From Tubulanus polymorphus (taxonomy: Eukaryota > Animalia > Nemertea), in the NCBI RefSeq assembly GCF_964204645.1, contig NC_134028.1, forward strand, positions 25,416,345 through 25,480,344: DNA of 64,000 nt. The letters run 5' to 3'. Positions 1 to 13,490 of the stretch are shown in pieces. The first letter of the stretch is position 1. Each line of letters begins with the position of its first letter. The translations under genes were made by a program, and so were the position numbers. The notes under the pieces are model-generated. The model saw only the letters and a list, made by a program, of their open reading frames with translations. It searched no databases and was not told where the DNA came from.

Positions 1-203
1 TTATATGAATCGTTTAGAGAGTATATTTTTTAGATATTTTGTATACAGCATGAATATAGATAATGAGCACAGTGAAACTCGGTGATGTCGTCATAGTCGG
101 GACAGTTGTTAGGTCAATGATCCGAACAATGACTTACACTTAGTAACGGTCAATCGTGATGCGTTCTAGAGAAGTTGCGTTGAACTGGTGTCGAATCAGT
201 GTT

Positions 204-385
204 ACATAAAGATAGACAGTACTTTAAAGGTTAACTAGATTTATTTAGAGTACGAGCTTTCGCTTCTAGTGCATATAGAAGATTCATCGGGTAAATTAGT
301 GATGAAGCTACTACATGCACTAGTAGCGAAAGCTAGTACTCTGAAGAAATCTAGTTAACCTTCAAAGTACTGTCTATCTTCATGT
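204..385. mobile_element. Penelope-like foldback remnant with two degenerate minimal hammerhead motifs
   Basis: About 85-bp imperfect inverted arms. Plus 299-335: GTGATGA-A-GCTACTA-catgcac-TAGTAGC-GAAA-GCTA. Minus 290-254: CCGATGA-A-TCTTCTA-tatgcac-TAGAAGC-GAAA-GCTC. Confidence 0.6.
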
Positions 386-1623
386 TTTACTCAGTAAATT
401 GAATCGGAACAAGTCAGGACTCAATGAAAGTGATGTCTTATCATCCGATGACGACTTGACCTAGTTTGACTGTTGCATCGATCCCTAGATTTTCATTACG
501 TTTTTACTGGAAGAGAATCGAAACGTATTTTGCTACATAGTGCTACAAGAATCGAGAATTTATTTCCTGACGATAGTGTTAGTTTGGTAAGTTATATCTT
601 AACGGGGTAAAGATAGTGTTACTATTAGACCGTTATCCACTGATGAACCGTATGCATATTTTTCTAAAATTCTACTTCGAAGTTCAGTAATTCCCGTCAA
701 TGTTCACCCCTTATCTATATCTCTCTCTCAACGGAGGACGGATTTTAGTCGTATGATTGTCAGTATCGTCTCAGGGGTTTGTGAAGAATTTCAGAATGGC
801 TTACGATGTATAGCGAAACGTAGAACTTTGCATGACTTCTGTTTCGTGCTGGTGGAATATGGGTAAAATGAACGCACACATCGGGGGGAGGAGCTCCAGG
901 GAGGCAGCATCTGAGGGTCTTGCCGAATTTTTTAGGGCAAATTGATTAAAAGGCGGGCATTTTGGCAGTGGAGACAAAATTGTGCCTTTGCATTATAAAG
1001 TAAGTGCAGAAAGTGTCTTTAGAAATAAATAGGGTTGTCTAAAGGTCTTATGCGATATTCTCACAGGGTTCAAAGCGCTTCCTTAAGTACCTAACAGTGA
1101 TTTCTTTTGAATAGATGTGAGTAAGGCCCTTAGAATGTGCTCACTTTTCGCAAAATATATCAAAAAGTGCTTACTTTTACAATTATTTGTTATGAAAAAT
1201 GTCACTTCTGCCTTTTAAAAGTTCTTACTTTTATTATAAAAAAGTGCTTTTGCCTCGGCCTTGACTCCTGAGAACCCTGTCATTAAAAACCCCTATATCC
1301 ACCCCTGTGAACAAAGATATGTATTCAAAATTATTTTTGAAATGCTGCTTCCATTTCGAGGCCTGTGATGAACCTTGAATTGCTCTTGTCCGATGTTTTA
1401 CTGCCATCGCATTCACTTGAAAATCTTTAGGAAACTCAGTAAAAACCGTGTTTGATAATTTGAAAGTTGCTTCCGATTTCTTCCTCAATTGAACAGTATT
1501 TGGGAACGTCATTCATTTTACTTTTTAAGAGCCAAACTATGAACTTGTAGAGAATGTAGACTTTAAAAAAATATGCATATGCTTGTTATTACCTGTGCTA
1601 ATCATTGGTGTGTTTAGAATAGT

Positions 1624-1835
1624 CATCCAACCTCGGCAGGGATTTCAACCTGATAGCATCCAGAAACATCGCCACGGTACAAATATCATTTATATATATA
1701 TATATATATCCATGGATTTACCACAGCCATTTCACAACAGGCAATACAAACCATCAGGCAGGGTCTTGTGCCATCCATGCCAGAGAGTCTCGCGATGCCC
1801 TCAGGTTTGAATCCCTATCCTGCCGAGGGAGGATG
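1624..1835. mobile_element. Foldback element whose arms contain a B-box-like motif
   Basis: cctcggcagggatttcaacctga..gcatc pairs with gatgc..tcaggtttgaatccct..cctgccgagg. A solo arm lies at ~9476-9517 (caggttcgaatccc). Confidence 0.5.
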
Positions 1836-2143
1836 TTCAAAAGTGTGTAAATGAAATGTTATGTGTAGATATGAAACAAATGTTTAAAAATGATGTATAT
1901 TTTGCCCTCGTTGTTGAATGTATTTTAGAAGTAAATGATATGAACATATTTTTGTGTAACAATGTAATAGTAATAGGTCTCACACATATCCTCATCAAAT
2001 GTCTAAGAATTCTATTGGCAATTCAACTTGTATATTTCTGTTTGTGCTGTACGTACATATCAGGCTCACTATCCTTTATGACTTGCCATCAGCTGATATG
2101 AAGGTCAGTGCGGGGTAAATTTGGCAAGTTTACCAATTGAATT

Positions 2144-2449
2144 CAGGGGGCAGATCCAGGGATGAACATAGGAGTCAACCCGATATAGAAGTTTGGTTAA
2201 TAAGCAAACCTCTTAAATCTTACACAGTTTTTTTTTAGGGCAAATTAGGAATTGAAAAAGCATTCTGGCAGAAATTTAGAAATTGCATTTTTCAGAATTT
2301 CCGACAAAATTGTGCAACTGTCTGACGGAAAGTACCCTTTTAGTTTTCCCTTTCAGAAATTGTGTCTATTTTGACAGTTCACCTTTATTTTTAAAGGGCA
2401 CTCAAACTTTTGAGGGTCATAGAGAAGTTTCCCTCTGGATCCGTCCCTG
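2144..2449. mobile_element. Degenerate MITE family with CAGGGGCAGATCCAG-type ends
   Basis: tcagggggcagatccag...ctggatccgtccctga. Similar paired ends at ~5803-6093, ~6537-6781 and ~48893-49119. Confidence 0.5.
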
Positions 2450-4769
2450 AAACTTTGTGTCTGGTTCTACCTGAATTTAAGATTCTGTTGACATTTACCG
2501 AAGCGTCAACTGGGAAATACTTACTCGAAGAAGGCGGCAAACTTTACAAAATGTACTTCAGAAATGTACTTATTTCATCCAGAAGCACTCTCTAACATCA
2601 TAGCCTTTGCTATTCATCAGGATATGTCTAATTTGAATTGATATGAATTTTTGACGTTCTTGACAAAGTTTCTCTTGCGCATGTCTCTCTTTTTTGTATC
2701 CGTTTAGGGCGGAGATTCAAAATGACAGTCACTCGGGTATTGAGCTAAACTATAAATGGCTACAATAATCATATTTCCCTGTTGTCTCGAAAAGTATTCA
2801 TTGTATTCGGAAATATTATACATCGCGTTCTAAACTTGATAGTGATTGGCGTCAAATTTTGTCTGGACGACTTTGTATGAAAACTATACCAACTAACTGT
2901 CCATCCTATTCTTATCGCTTAGAGATCGTGTGGCTTTGTGGCTTTATAGTTCGTTTGCTAAACAGCGCTGAAGACTTGCCATATATATATAACAAAATAG
3001 TTCACAAACTTCCAGGGTCAGTCAAGCTAATCACTTGTTGTCTATAATATAGGGATAGTTGTTGAATATGAGATGATCCACCATGGTGAAAACAGAACAG
3101 TGTGAGACTTTGAATTGAATACATGTGATATTTTTACTACTATCGAATGGAGGGGGATTGTGTTCATATCACGGAACTAGAGGTCATTTCACAGAACGAC
3201 TTGACATTTCATTAAAGAAAAATCAGTATTGCGAAAGACTATGTAGTGAAACTAATTTTATGGCCCCCTGAGGTTATTACAACAGAAATTTCATTGAAAT
3301 ATATACTTACACCAAAAGTTGCTGATTTTAAGCGTTGGGAAAAGTGGTGTTCTGTGTGTGCGTACTTCATGAATGGACCTTCATTGATTTTAGGTCGTAG
3401 TAGACCTGAGGATGATAAAGACGAGATATAGGAGTCATTGATCCCTGAATGTTTAGTTTGGGAGACCTTACCTGCTTGAAATACTACAATATAACCCTTG
3501 CTCACGTCTAATGTTGTTATATTTTTGTCGTGAGCTCAAAAACTTGATCAGTTAATTTCTGTAATCGGTGTTCGCTGTTTTTTGCCCAAAAAAGATGTTA
3601 TCTATATGAATAGGGGAAATGTTTTGTTATGATATTCGATGAAATGATCGGTGTAATTTTTGTATTGAAATAATGACACACAAGCGTGATAGAGAGATAG
3701 CAAGAGAGAGAGAGCGACGTCTATTAATATAGTATGCTTCTTACTGAGTGTTTTTACTATAAATTTAAAACGGTCTGTGATAAAAAAAAGTTTCTCAAGA
3801 ACACGATCCAAAGACATGACGAACAGGGCTTGTAGTGTTAATCTGACTTTTTACTAAGTAATTGTATGAATATAACGACAGAGTATGAGCTTGTTATGGA
3901 TATAATATAACATTTGGTGCTGTGTATTCATTGTTGATGATGAAATTGTATGCACATGACGAATATGGCTTCTATAAAACTCGCCGCGCTAATTTGTTGT
4001 CCATCAGTTGCCGATAGATAACGTTTGTTACTGGAGCATTCATGACGTAGGTTTAATCGTTTGCTGATTTTCTCCGAATAACTATTGGCCAGTAATTCCA
4101 TGAATGCTCTTAGCTTCGGCTCCACTCCGTTCTCAGCTATTCATCGATGATTGTTCGGACGACGCCCCCTGGTGAATCGTGTACTAAGTTTTCGAAGGAT
4201 AATATTCGAAGTAAATCTAGCGCTTGGTGACAGCGCCGAAATCTGGGCCCAGTTAGTCACAAAAGTATAAATTCAAATGGTTGGGCTATTATTTATCGTT
4301 TCTTCTATGGTGTATTCCAAAAAAAAATCTTACTTAGAAATCGAACAACTTCAGTACTGAGCCGATTACCTAACAGACGATATGTTGAAAATTTGCCCAC
4401 TCTAATTCAAGTGATTACGTCCCCATTGTTCATGCAAAGGGTCGACTTGTGATTTTAGTTATCGGTTTAGTTGTTCGTGTTTTCAAAAAAAAAATTCCAT
4501 TTGGAAACCACCAATACTGCGTCCAGGGGAAAATGATGTACCGGTAGTCGAACTGATAGTTTGTTGTCGGTAGATGTTTTACATGGCTAAACTCTGTTCG
4601 TTAATTTTGCAAATATTTAACCAATATTTTGGTGTTCGTTGTTTGTTACTCAATATAGATCGTAGTCGGCTTCAGCTTCAAGTTTTACGGATAATGAACT
4701 TGCATTGAAAACGTATATCCTAGGATTAAAAAGGTGCTGTTGATGCTTCCAAAAACTGTACGTTACGAT

Positions 4770-4770
4770 G

Positions 4771-4817
<47 letters not shown>
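4770..4817. repeat. (ATT)n microsatellite
   Basis: Long pure ATT run. A second impure one lies at ~5577-5624. Confidence 0.95.
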
Positions 4818-5168
4818 CATTATGATTTATATTATTACCAGGTTGAAATACTGAATATCGTTGAAATAAGAATTTGAAAATGTTTTCTAATGTGCTTCGT
4901 GTTTTTTTCAAAAAAGCCATATCTGAGTTTTCATGTTCATGCCTTATATATGAAAACCATGTATATATCTATATGTAGAAATGTGAAGATAAGGACGAAT
5001 AGATAGAAAAACAACTCGTTATTAGGATAAGAATGTGAAGTTGACATCAGTAGAGTTTGTTCGCTACCTAAGTAACGATGAAAATGCATCTTGTGAAAAA
5101 TGAATTGTAGTAATAGTTTATATAATCAAAAGCCTGCTTTATACGAATTGTAGTTTAGATAACATTAA

Positions 5169-5376
5169 CCCTTTCAGTGTGTCAGTATAAATCAGTCATG
5201 GAATTTGCGAGTACACTGCACCGCGGTGTATCGATGCTATTAGCAGTTTTTATCTGTATTGAAAGATGGCAACGCCTGTCAAACATAATGAAATATTAAT
5301 AATTAACATTACACATTGTCGATGCACTAAAGCGGTATGCCCATTCAACACACCGGGGTAGTCAGCACTGAAAGGG
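5169..5376. mobile_element. piggyBac-like MITE, same family as 34906-35193, opposite orientation
   Basis: TTAA|CCCTTTCAGTG...CACTGAAAGGG. The interior aligns by eye to the reverse complement of the 34.9-kb copy. Confidence 0.65.
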
Positions 5377-5577
5377 TTGTGAATTCATCATTGAAAATGA
5401 AAAATTTAATTTTTTGGTAAATGGATTATTCGTTTTCAATCATAAATCTGTTGAGTGGGCTTTTGATCATATACACATTATCCGTTCACCACGTCCTATT
5501 GTGGCTTTTCTATTTCTATAATAAATGTTTGTTGAAAGTTGCTGTTATCTTTGATGATATATTGTAGGTGTTCACTT

Positions 5578-5608
<31 letters not shown>

Positions 5609-8600
5609 CTATTATTATTATTATCAGATGTTTAATTTTTGGTCATTGAATTTGTGTGATTTGTTGATGAATAACAAGGTAATCTACTATAGAGTCTAAT
5701 ATTTTATATATATATATGAATATTATATGTGCGAGAAGTAATTGTTTGTACGTTCATTCTCGAACCTGAAATGTGCCTAAAGTCGGTAAGAAGTGTAATA
5801 CACAGGCGCAGATCCAGTAGGCTTTGTACAAGACGCTTAAATGTTTTTGAGTTGCCCTTTTCTGAATGAACCAACTTTTTACTGCCTTATGTATTTGGAA
5901 TCATATAAACTTTTCGCATTATCAGTCGGACAAGGACTACTCAGTAGTGCTTTAAAATGCATTTCAGCCAACCTTGAGTTTTCAAATGCGACGTTAATAC
6001 GCTTCCAAGTATTTATATGCCTTTTCGATGTCATCAGATATTTCGTTAAAATGTGCCGAAAGACCGTCAAAATAGTCGTTGGATCTGGCCCTGGTGTACG
6101 ATCAAGACGTAAGGTCTACATCGAGGTGATCTTAGAGATGTTGCGAAAAACCTAAAAACTGTGATTTAGAAAAAGAGAATTTATGAGAAGAGCTGCGCTG
6201 GCGTCTTTTGCTGGCTCTGCAGTTTGGGTTTGAGTATGGTTTGATGTTTGTTCTCATCAGAGTCTTATGCATCTTCGTAAAAAGTAGTATTGTAAACTAA
6301 ACTGACCTCATCCGGCAATGGAAAATCAAACTCTCGATTGGAACATGGACGGTAGACTCGGCTCCTTCGCAGTTGTAGCGTCATAACTGGAATTGAAATC
6401 AGGACTAGTTTCACAGTTGTGAGTTAGTGATGACGCTTGAGTTGAAATTAGTTCATTTTCGATGAGTTAACTCAAAGTCAAATTGTAATGCACAACTGTG
6501 TTGATCTAGGTTCAGGGATATCTGAAAGGCAGAATCGGGGTTGGATCTGGGGCCATTCTCTGAGGGTCTAAACCAAATTTGTGTATGGCTGATTTATTGC
6601 GTACAAAGTTTTGCAGAATATTCAACAAAAGTTGGGCCTATGTTTTTTACAGAATGAGCCATTTTCAGATATTTTTTTCCCAACAACCTTTTTCACATAA
6701 AATGTATCCATATAGATAGGGGGCGGTCAAAGTTTCTAGGGTCATACAGAAGTCTCATAAGTCCCTGTGGATGCAGCCCTGAAATTGATTTTCCTAGTTG
6801 ACCTGATACCGAGAGAAGCAATGAGTCTACCGTATACTGTGACGACTCGTAAGTACCGCAGGTTTTTACTAAAAAAAAGTGATCAGGGTTTTATTAAATC
6901 TTGTACATTAAGAGCCTTAGAATTTTTTAGTGCTGGGTCTAGATTTTAAAAACTAATTGAAAACACGCGGGCACTAATCTCATGTTCTTATTATACGCAT
7001 GGTTTTCACGTATGAAATGTCATTAACAATTTCAACGCGAATATCTGATAGGATACCCTCATTAACACGATTACCTCAATGTGACAAAATGGACCCCGTC
7101 CAGATAGTGAATTAATAGCAAAATTAAACTGTATTAAAATACCTTTAAATCCCAGGGTATCAATCCTTATAATAGGGTCATTTCGTTTTGACTTTAATTT
7201 AGAAGCGGCAAAATGTCGAATTAATTAACTTAATTTCATAATTATCGCATAAGATCAGTTCTTCTCTTTTATTGTACGGTTTGTTTTGAATTTGGCCTTG
7301 GGCCACTCATTTGACACCGGGAGGTTTATGCAACGTTTCTGTTACCGAAAAAAGGACCCCAATGATGTTTTCTTGTACTTTCATTTTGACTTTGGGGGAC
7401 GGGGGTGTTTTTTTAGTATGAAGGTAATGACAAGATTAATCATTATGCCTTTCTTTGTTATGTTATATAAACGTAATACGGAGTCATTTTGTCTTCCTCG
7501 CCGGGTTCTAAACCCACCTATTTTTCATCAGAGATTTCAGTTCAACTGTAAACAGTGTTCGTTGCATTTATTTCCAGTTGGATTTTTCGTTGATAGTTGT
7601 TATAATTATTCTACTGATTATGTTGATTTGTATAAACGGTTCTCTAATACAGTTTATGTGATGCATATGTATAAATATAAATATATATATATATATATGT
7701 ATGTATAAGAATATATATATATATTATATGATATAATGATGTAGTGTTTTTAAATTGCAATGTGCAGAGTGTAAAAAAAAAATGTCGGCGCTATCAAAAA
7801 TACTGTTATATTTGTGAAATATATTATTAAAAATGACGTGCATATAGAATATTTGTTTAGTTCCTTGTTCCTCCTCTCGCCGAGGACGTTCAAACGCTGT
7901 CAAGAAACATTTACCATCTGGAGTGTAGAAGCTTGGTGGCATCTTTCCCCGGTAGACAGGAGATTGTGCAGAACCCTTTGCCCACTCTTCCCATACACTG
8001 AGGAGGAGGACACCTTTTTGGCCGCATCGTCAGAACAGTTAGTTGTTACAGTGAAATCATGGACTATGGGTGATTTTTGAGTGGTTGGTTCATGGACTCT
8101 TCGTTGTTTTACCGTTTGGTTTAACAAGAGTCCATGATTTCACTAGTATTACTACGTACAATAACTAGTTCAGGACTTGTTGAACGGAACACTTGTCCCG
8201 ATGCATCTTAAATTCCCATCATATTATGTATGATACGTGACTCGATTTTCATACGCAATATTTTGCAGATTTAAGCCCATCTCCCCAAGGAGGGCCAAGT
8301 TTGACCCTAATCGTTAATGGTAGGCTTTACGATCTGATGGGCAACCGATCATAGAGCCTATACCACTAACGATTACACGTCCCATGAAAATAGAAAAAGG
8401 TACGTTTTTACAAGAAGAGGCAGATAATCATCAACACAAAGACACACCATTCTTCACGATTTCATCTTTATCGCCTGGAAACTAATCTCAAAGCGGTAGA
8501 TTTTCTAGAAAGCACTATAATGCATCAGTACTTCATTTATTGCCCTGAAATTGCGTAAGATAATAAAGTGGTTCATGTTTCGAGGAAGACCCCTCGCGTT

Positions 8601-9734
8601 GTTGTCGTGAATTGTGCCCTTTTTGTAAGTTGTTCTACCCTCAACAGTAGTCCATGGATCCACCCCTGTCGGCGCCCATATGGAGATTGCCGTGTTGGTT
8701 CCAATGTGACTCCCCTGCCCTTGTTCTCTGTCGGACTTGGAGAAGGGATTGGTTGTATGTTGCGTGGACTCATGGATGGACTCACAGTCTTATGGATATA
8801 TTTTTTGAAATAAAACTCGAAGAGCCAATGGGAATGACCTTAATTCATTAAGTTTCCATTTGAAAGTGATCGGCTGCCTCAGACGCTCTGTTTTTGCACA
8901 TGTCATTAGATCTTCCAAGCCTGCTTTTTAGGTGTCAGAATAGTATCTGCAGCTGACATCAGAGTACTGTGCAGTATAATTTTACTGCAACTTTTCAAAC
9001 TTTTTATAACCACTCGCAGCCAAACATGATTCCACAGATCGTCAATTTACAAGTCTAGTAACCTTCACGGAATTGTATACGTAAGAACTATCCCTTTTTT
9101 ATTTGGTGTAGCTGTAGGTGTTACGTAAGTTCATCCGTGTTCATTTTACTTGTTTTGAAAGGTCAGAATTAATATCAGATATCAGACTAGTCATTATAAC
9201 CAGTAAGGTAATACAGTCTGTTTGCATGACTGTGCATGGCGAGAAAATGGTACAGTACCTGTGCACATTCAGCTTGAATTTAAGGGCAGGGCCGTAGTTA
9301 GCATTTGAGTTTAGGGAGGGGCAGAGAAACCCGAAAGGGGAATTCTATAGGATAATTCTACAGTAATTATCAATAAAGCAAATCTAGTAGACTGGTTACC
9401 GGTCTCTATCTTCAATTCTGTCGCTATCTTCAATCTCCATTGAAAGGGACAGGCAACCAGTCTATACCGTGCCAATCTCGATGCCATCAGGTTCGAATCC
9501 CTCCCTGGGGGAGGATGGGCAAAAATCCTCTACCTTTCAACTTCAAGTGAAGAGCTCGTGGTGATTTCAGCGTCTAAATCCAACAAACGATACATCAATG
9601 AAGCACAACATCTTATATTTTGTTCATAACCAGATTCATCAAATGAACGTATTCCGAGCTTAGGAGAGCAAAATTTGCAGAAAAATGGATACGTGAATGA
9701 ATTATGGGTGAAATTTCCAAATCGTTAGGGTTGG

Positions 9735-10000
9735 GGTGACTGGCAGGGTCGGGCTATGGGTGATTTACTGGTAGGGTCGGGCTATTGGGTGATTAACTAG
9801 AAGGTCGGGATCATGGATGATTTACTGCTGAATAGAGGATGTACACTAGGGGTGTCCCAGGTTTGAAACCTAGTAATTACTGACACTGATTCAGAGTGGT
9901 CCTGATACTGAATAGAGGATGTACAGGGGTGTCCCGGGTTCGAAACCACTAATTACTGATACTGATTCAGAGTGGTCCAGATGCTGAACAAAGGATGTAC
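9735..10000. repeat. Two adjacent minisatellites
   Basis: A ~28-bp unit (tgatttactggtagggtcgggctattggg) x3, then a ~78-bp unit (ctgaatagaggatgtac...gattcagagtggtcc) x2.2. Confidence 0.85.
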
Positions 10001-13000
10001 CGTGGATTAGCGGATTTTTCATACACTAATGTGAATTGTCTCTGGCAACCAAGAGTCTACTGCCAGAGTCAGTTCGTGTTAGTTTATGCAAATCCAAGCA
10101 TAGTGAATCTTAAAAATTGGCAGAACGTAGCATCACAACCACTGACTGGTGAACTAATTAAGTTCAGAGTAGCTAATTAACTAAGCAAACAAAGAGTTTC
10201 TAACAATTATATTTACTCTCATACAACAATTATACAAAATGCCAGGTGTGCTCGAGGAATTATAACTTAAGTTCCTCAAACAGGTGGACTGTTTTTCAAA
10301 AACAGTCAAACCATGGACGTATAAACTAAAAACTAGAGTTTATACGCCCATGGTCCAAGCAAAGACTCTAAAAGAGAAACGTCTATAGCACACAACCATG
10401 GACTCTAAACTGTGAGAGTGCATGGCTCCCCGCACTAAAACCAGAGATATACCTGGCCGAATACCCTGGAAAGCGTAAGATTTAATGAATTGTTTACCTG
10501 GCCGGCCGCCTATCTACCTTAGACCTTACATTACTTTTTTTTAAATCATGATCAAGCTAACCATAACAGACACGGCAGATAGAAATTAACTCATTACAAA
10601 TTTCATTGATTTATGAAATTACCCGGCCGATCAGGAAAAACAAGGTATTATCATTAGCCTTTTAATGACTTAGATTATCCAAAATATAAGATTACTAGCT
10701 TTTAATATACTAGCTTTTTAATATACTACATCATGGAAGGTATTTCAAGGTTTTATTCACCAAAAACATTTCCACTGCAACTGATTCATACAATTTGAAT
10801 CAATAGGAAAATAACAAAATTACACACAGAATTGTAAACCTTGATCCATAAAACACCAACAATTAGGACTAGTCTGAATGTCTAAGACTATTAATTTGAC
10901 ATTCATGAAGTCACTGGGCATAAGTGACACTTGGTTATTTCATGAAATATGAAGCATTCAATCATATCAACTATTCAAATGACAATGTAAGAGAGATTTA
11001 AGATATTGTATTTATACAAAAAAAAACTGCATAACATATCTCCAACATATAAACATTAAAACTGGACATAAAACAAATTCACTCTCTCAAATAATCAATC
11101 TCTGATTTCATTTCATTAACATTATTTTTACAAGAAAACTGAAATTTTGCAAACTTTGCTTTGTATTCAAGGAATTATCATGTATAAGTCCTTCATTAAC
11201 AAATGGGTGAACTGTATTCGAAAAACATGAAAGCATTAAAACCATAGATAAAACCAACAGATTCACAGTGGAAAGCTTGAGATTAACTAATTAACTAATC
11301 AATCTTTATTTTCATTAACATTATTTTACAAGATAACTAGAGTTTTGCCAACTTTGCCGAGATTTTCAAACATTATCAACGTTATTTTCTCCACATTGTT
11401 TCGTTTAATGAAAAGTATTTTGAAGGTTTTTTAATTAAGATATATTGAGTATCATGATATAGATATTGTTCAACTATCCATATGAATATAGCTAGGTAAA
11501 TCACAAATAACTGATCGCTAAAATATCTACAATTATCTACTTTTTTCAATATTTGAAATGGTCTAGTGCCTTAATTCTAAGCACTGCCAGCTGGCTAGCA
11601 CTGGAACCTCTATAACCAGCGCACATAAAACCTGTACAACATTGTATGCATGAGTTATGAAAAATAAATATACTATATATAGCCATTGTAAAACTGACAA
11701 TCAAAACAGGACAATTTACTAATCAACACTGTTCATATATCCTCATTTATAAAAACTACTGCTCCACTTTATTTGATAGGACCTCAGTTTGATGGTTGCT
11801 ATAAACTGAACTGACCAATCGAAAAGTTTTAAGATGAATAATGAACACGTATGTGTCGTTTTATTCTCATGACAAAATTACACCTTGCTAAATGACAGGT
11901 ATTTAATCGAGGAATTAACTTGTAAGTTCCTAGTAAACAAATGAACTGCACTTTAAAAACAGCTCAACATAAAAGAGACAAATCCTACTAAGTCATCCTG
12001 GAAAGCTTAGAATTAACTTAACGTTCTAAATTTCATGTTCATTAACATCATTTTTACTAGACAACTAGAATTTTCGCTGCACCTTGTCTTAACTAAACAT
12101 TTTCAAACATTATCAGTTCACTCATTTAATTCAATGTTATTTCAGGGAAAACATGACAATAATTTTACTATCGATAACTGATCATGTTCATAGCTGTTTA
12201 ACATTCTTTCTAAAAAAGAGTAAAATGTATCTCCCAGATATTATCCCTAAAACAATTAACAGTTACAGCAGTGATAGGGTGTGATATATAGGTAAAAGGA
12301 CGCCTGATCTTTCATCAGTTATTCGAAGCATTCTATCGAATCAATTATTTTTTAGTGTGTTTGATTTAGTTAAGGTTTATGGTTATTTGTTTTGTTTATT
12401 ACTAACTGATCCGATAGAACACTAAAAACAACAACAGAAAAGATCTCAAGAGGTTGGGAAACACGGAGAAGGTTGTTCTATGAAAGAAGAACCTTTAATA
12501 ATTAGATTAAGTTGATGGGAAAAAATTCCTGATGACGGAGCCCTATATTAACTTATTGTTTGTTGGTTTTGTTTATTTTTTTATTACTTAGTTTTATTTG
12601 TTTTTTTTATATTATTTATTTTGTTATGTATTTTTGTTTATTTTTTTTAATTATGTTCTCTGTATTTTGTACTATTTATTACTATTTACATCAGGAATTT
12701 TTTACTGGTGAGATTATGGGCTCACTTAAAAAAGTGCTACAAATTCACTGCTGCACCTAAATAATAGTTTCCTTATTGAACACCCCGATTTGAAGTTAAG
12801 TGATCATTAGTATGAAAGCCACTCAACCTAATGATATGAATGACGATGAAAGAAGTTAAAACAGCTATAAACAAAATTAAAACGATCAAAATTACTGCTG
12901 GCCATTATTATTTATTCCTTTATATATTACATTATTCCTAGTATTACCTCTCATAACTCTATGGATACAATATACTACGATATAAGTTTCATATAGGCCT

Positions 13001-13490
13001 AACTAGTAGCTAGGATCACCTACATGGAAGCACAATTCTCTATATGTGAAAATCAAGATATTCTACTCATTAGTCAAATCGCTTTAACGGGCCTTAAAAT
13101 TATGGCATCAAAAAATAAATCAACGCTTTGGTATATAAACTTATTATTTGTACACAGAACACTGCCCAATATTATATGGTTTCCTTAACTATACGTGATG
13201 ATATTCGAGGGGCGTAGCCAGTTTGTGGCTATAAAAAATTTCATGCATTCTCAGTCCGCAGATCCGAGACACGACCCGAGAGAGCCGCGCTGCCAGAATC
13301 CCACCTTGTAGTATACCGGACCAGTGTCACACCAGGGCTAGGTGGGGAGTTTTACAGAACCTAGTGGATGACAGCAATAAAATCACGACCACCGTTGATA
13401 CAATGCCGGACTGCCACAATTTGTCACAATTAATTTTGATGGAGGATGGATGATAGGCCAATATCCCTATATAAACAAGAATCTTTTTTT

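Noticed and set aside
4726-4920. Poly-Asn ORF
   Set aside because: It is a translation of the (ATT)n microsatellite.
7860-9730. GC-richer patches and several splice-like sites suggesting a hidden gene
   Set aside because: No recognisable protein. The implied introns of ~30-37 nt are far shorter than any supported intron here. A non-coding transcript is not excluded.
9735-10000. CRISPR-like repeat-spacer array
   Set aside because: The units are contiguous with no unique spacers, the context is eukaryotic, and there are no cas genes.
12560-12760. Hydrophobic Phe/Leu/Ile ORF resembling a mitochondrial insertion or membrane peptide
   Set aside because: Explained by a low-complexity T-rich tract. 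I recognise no mitochondrial protein motif.
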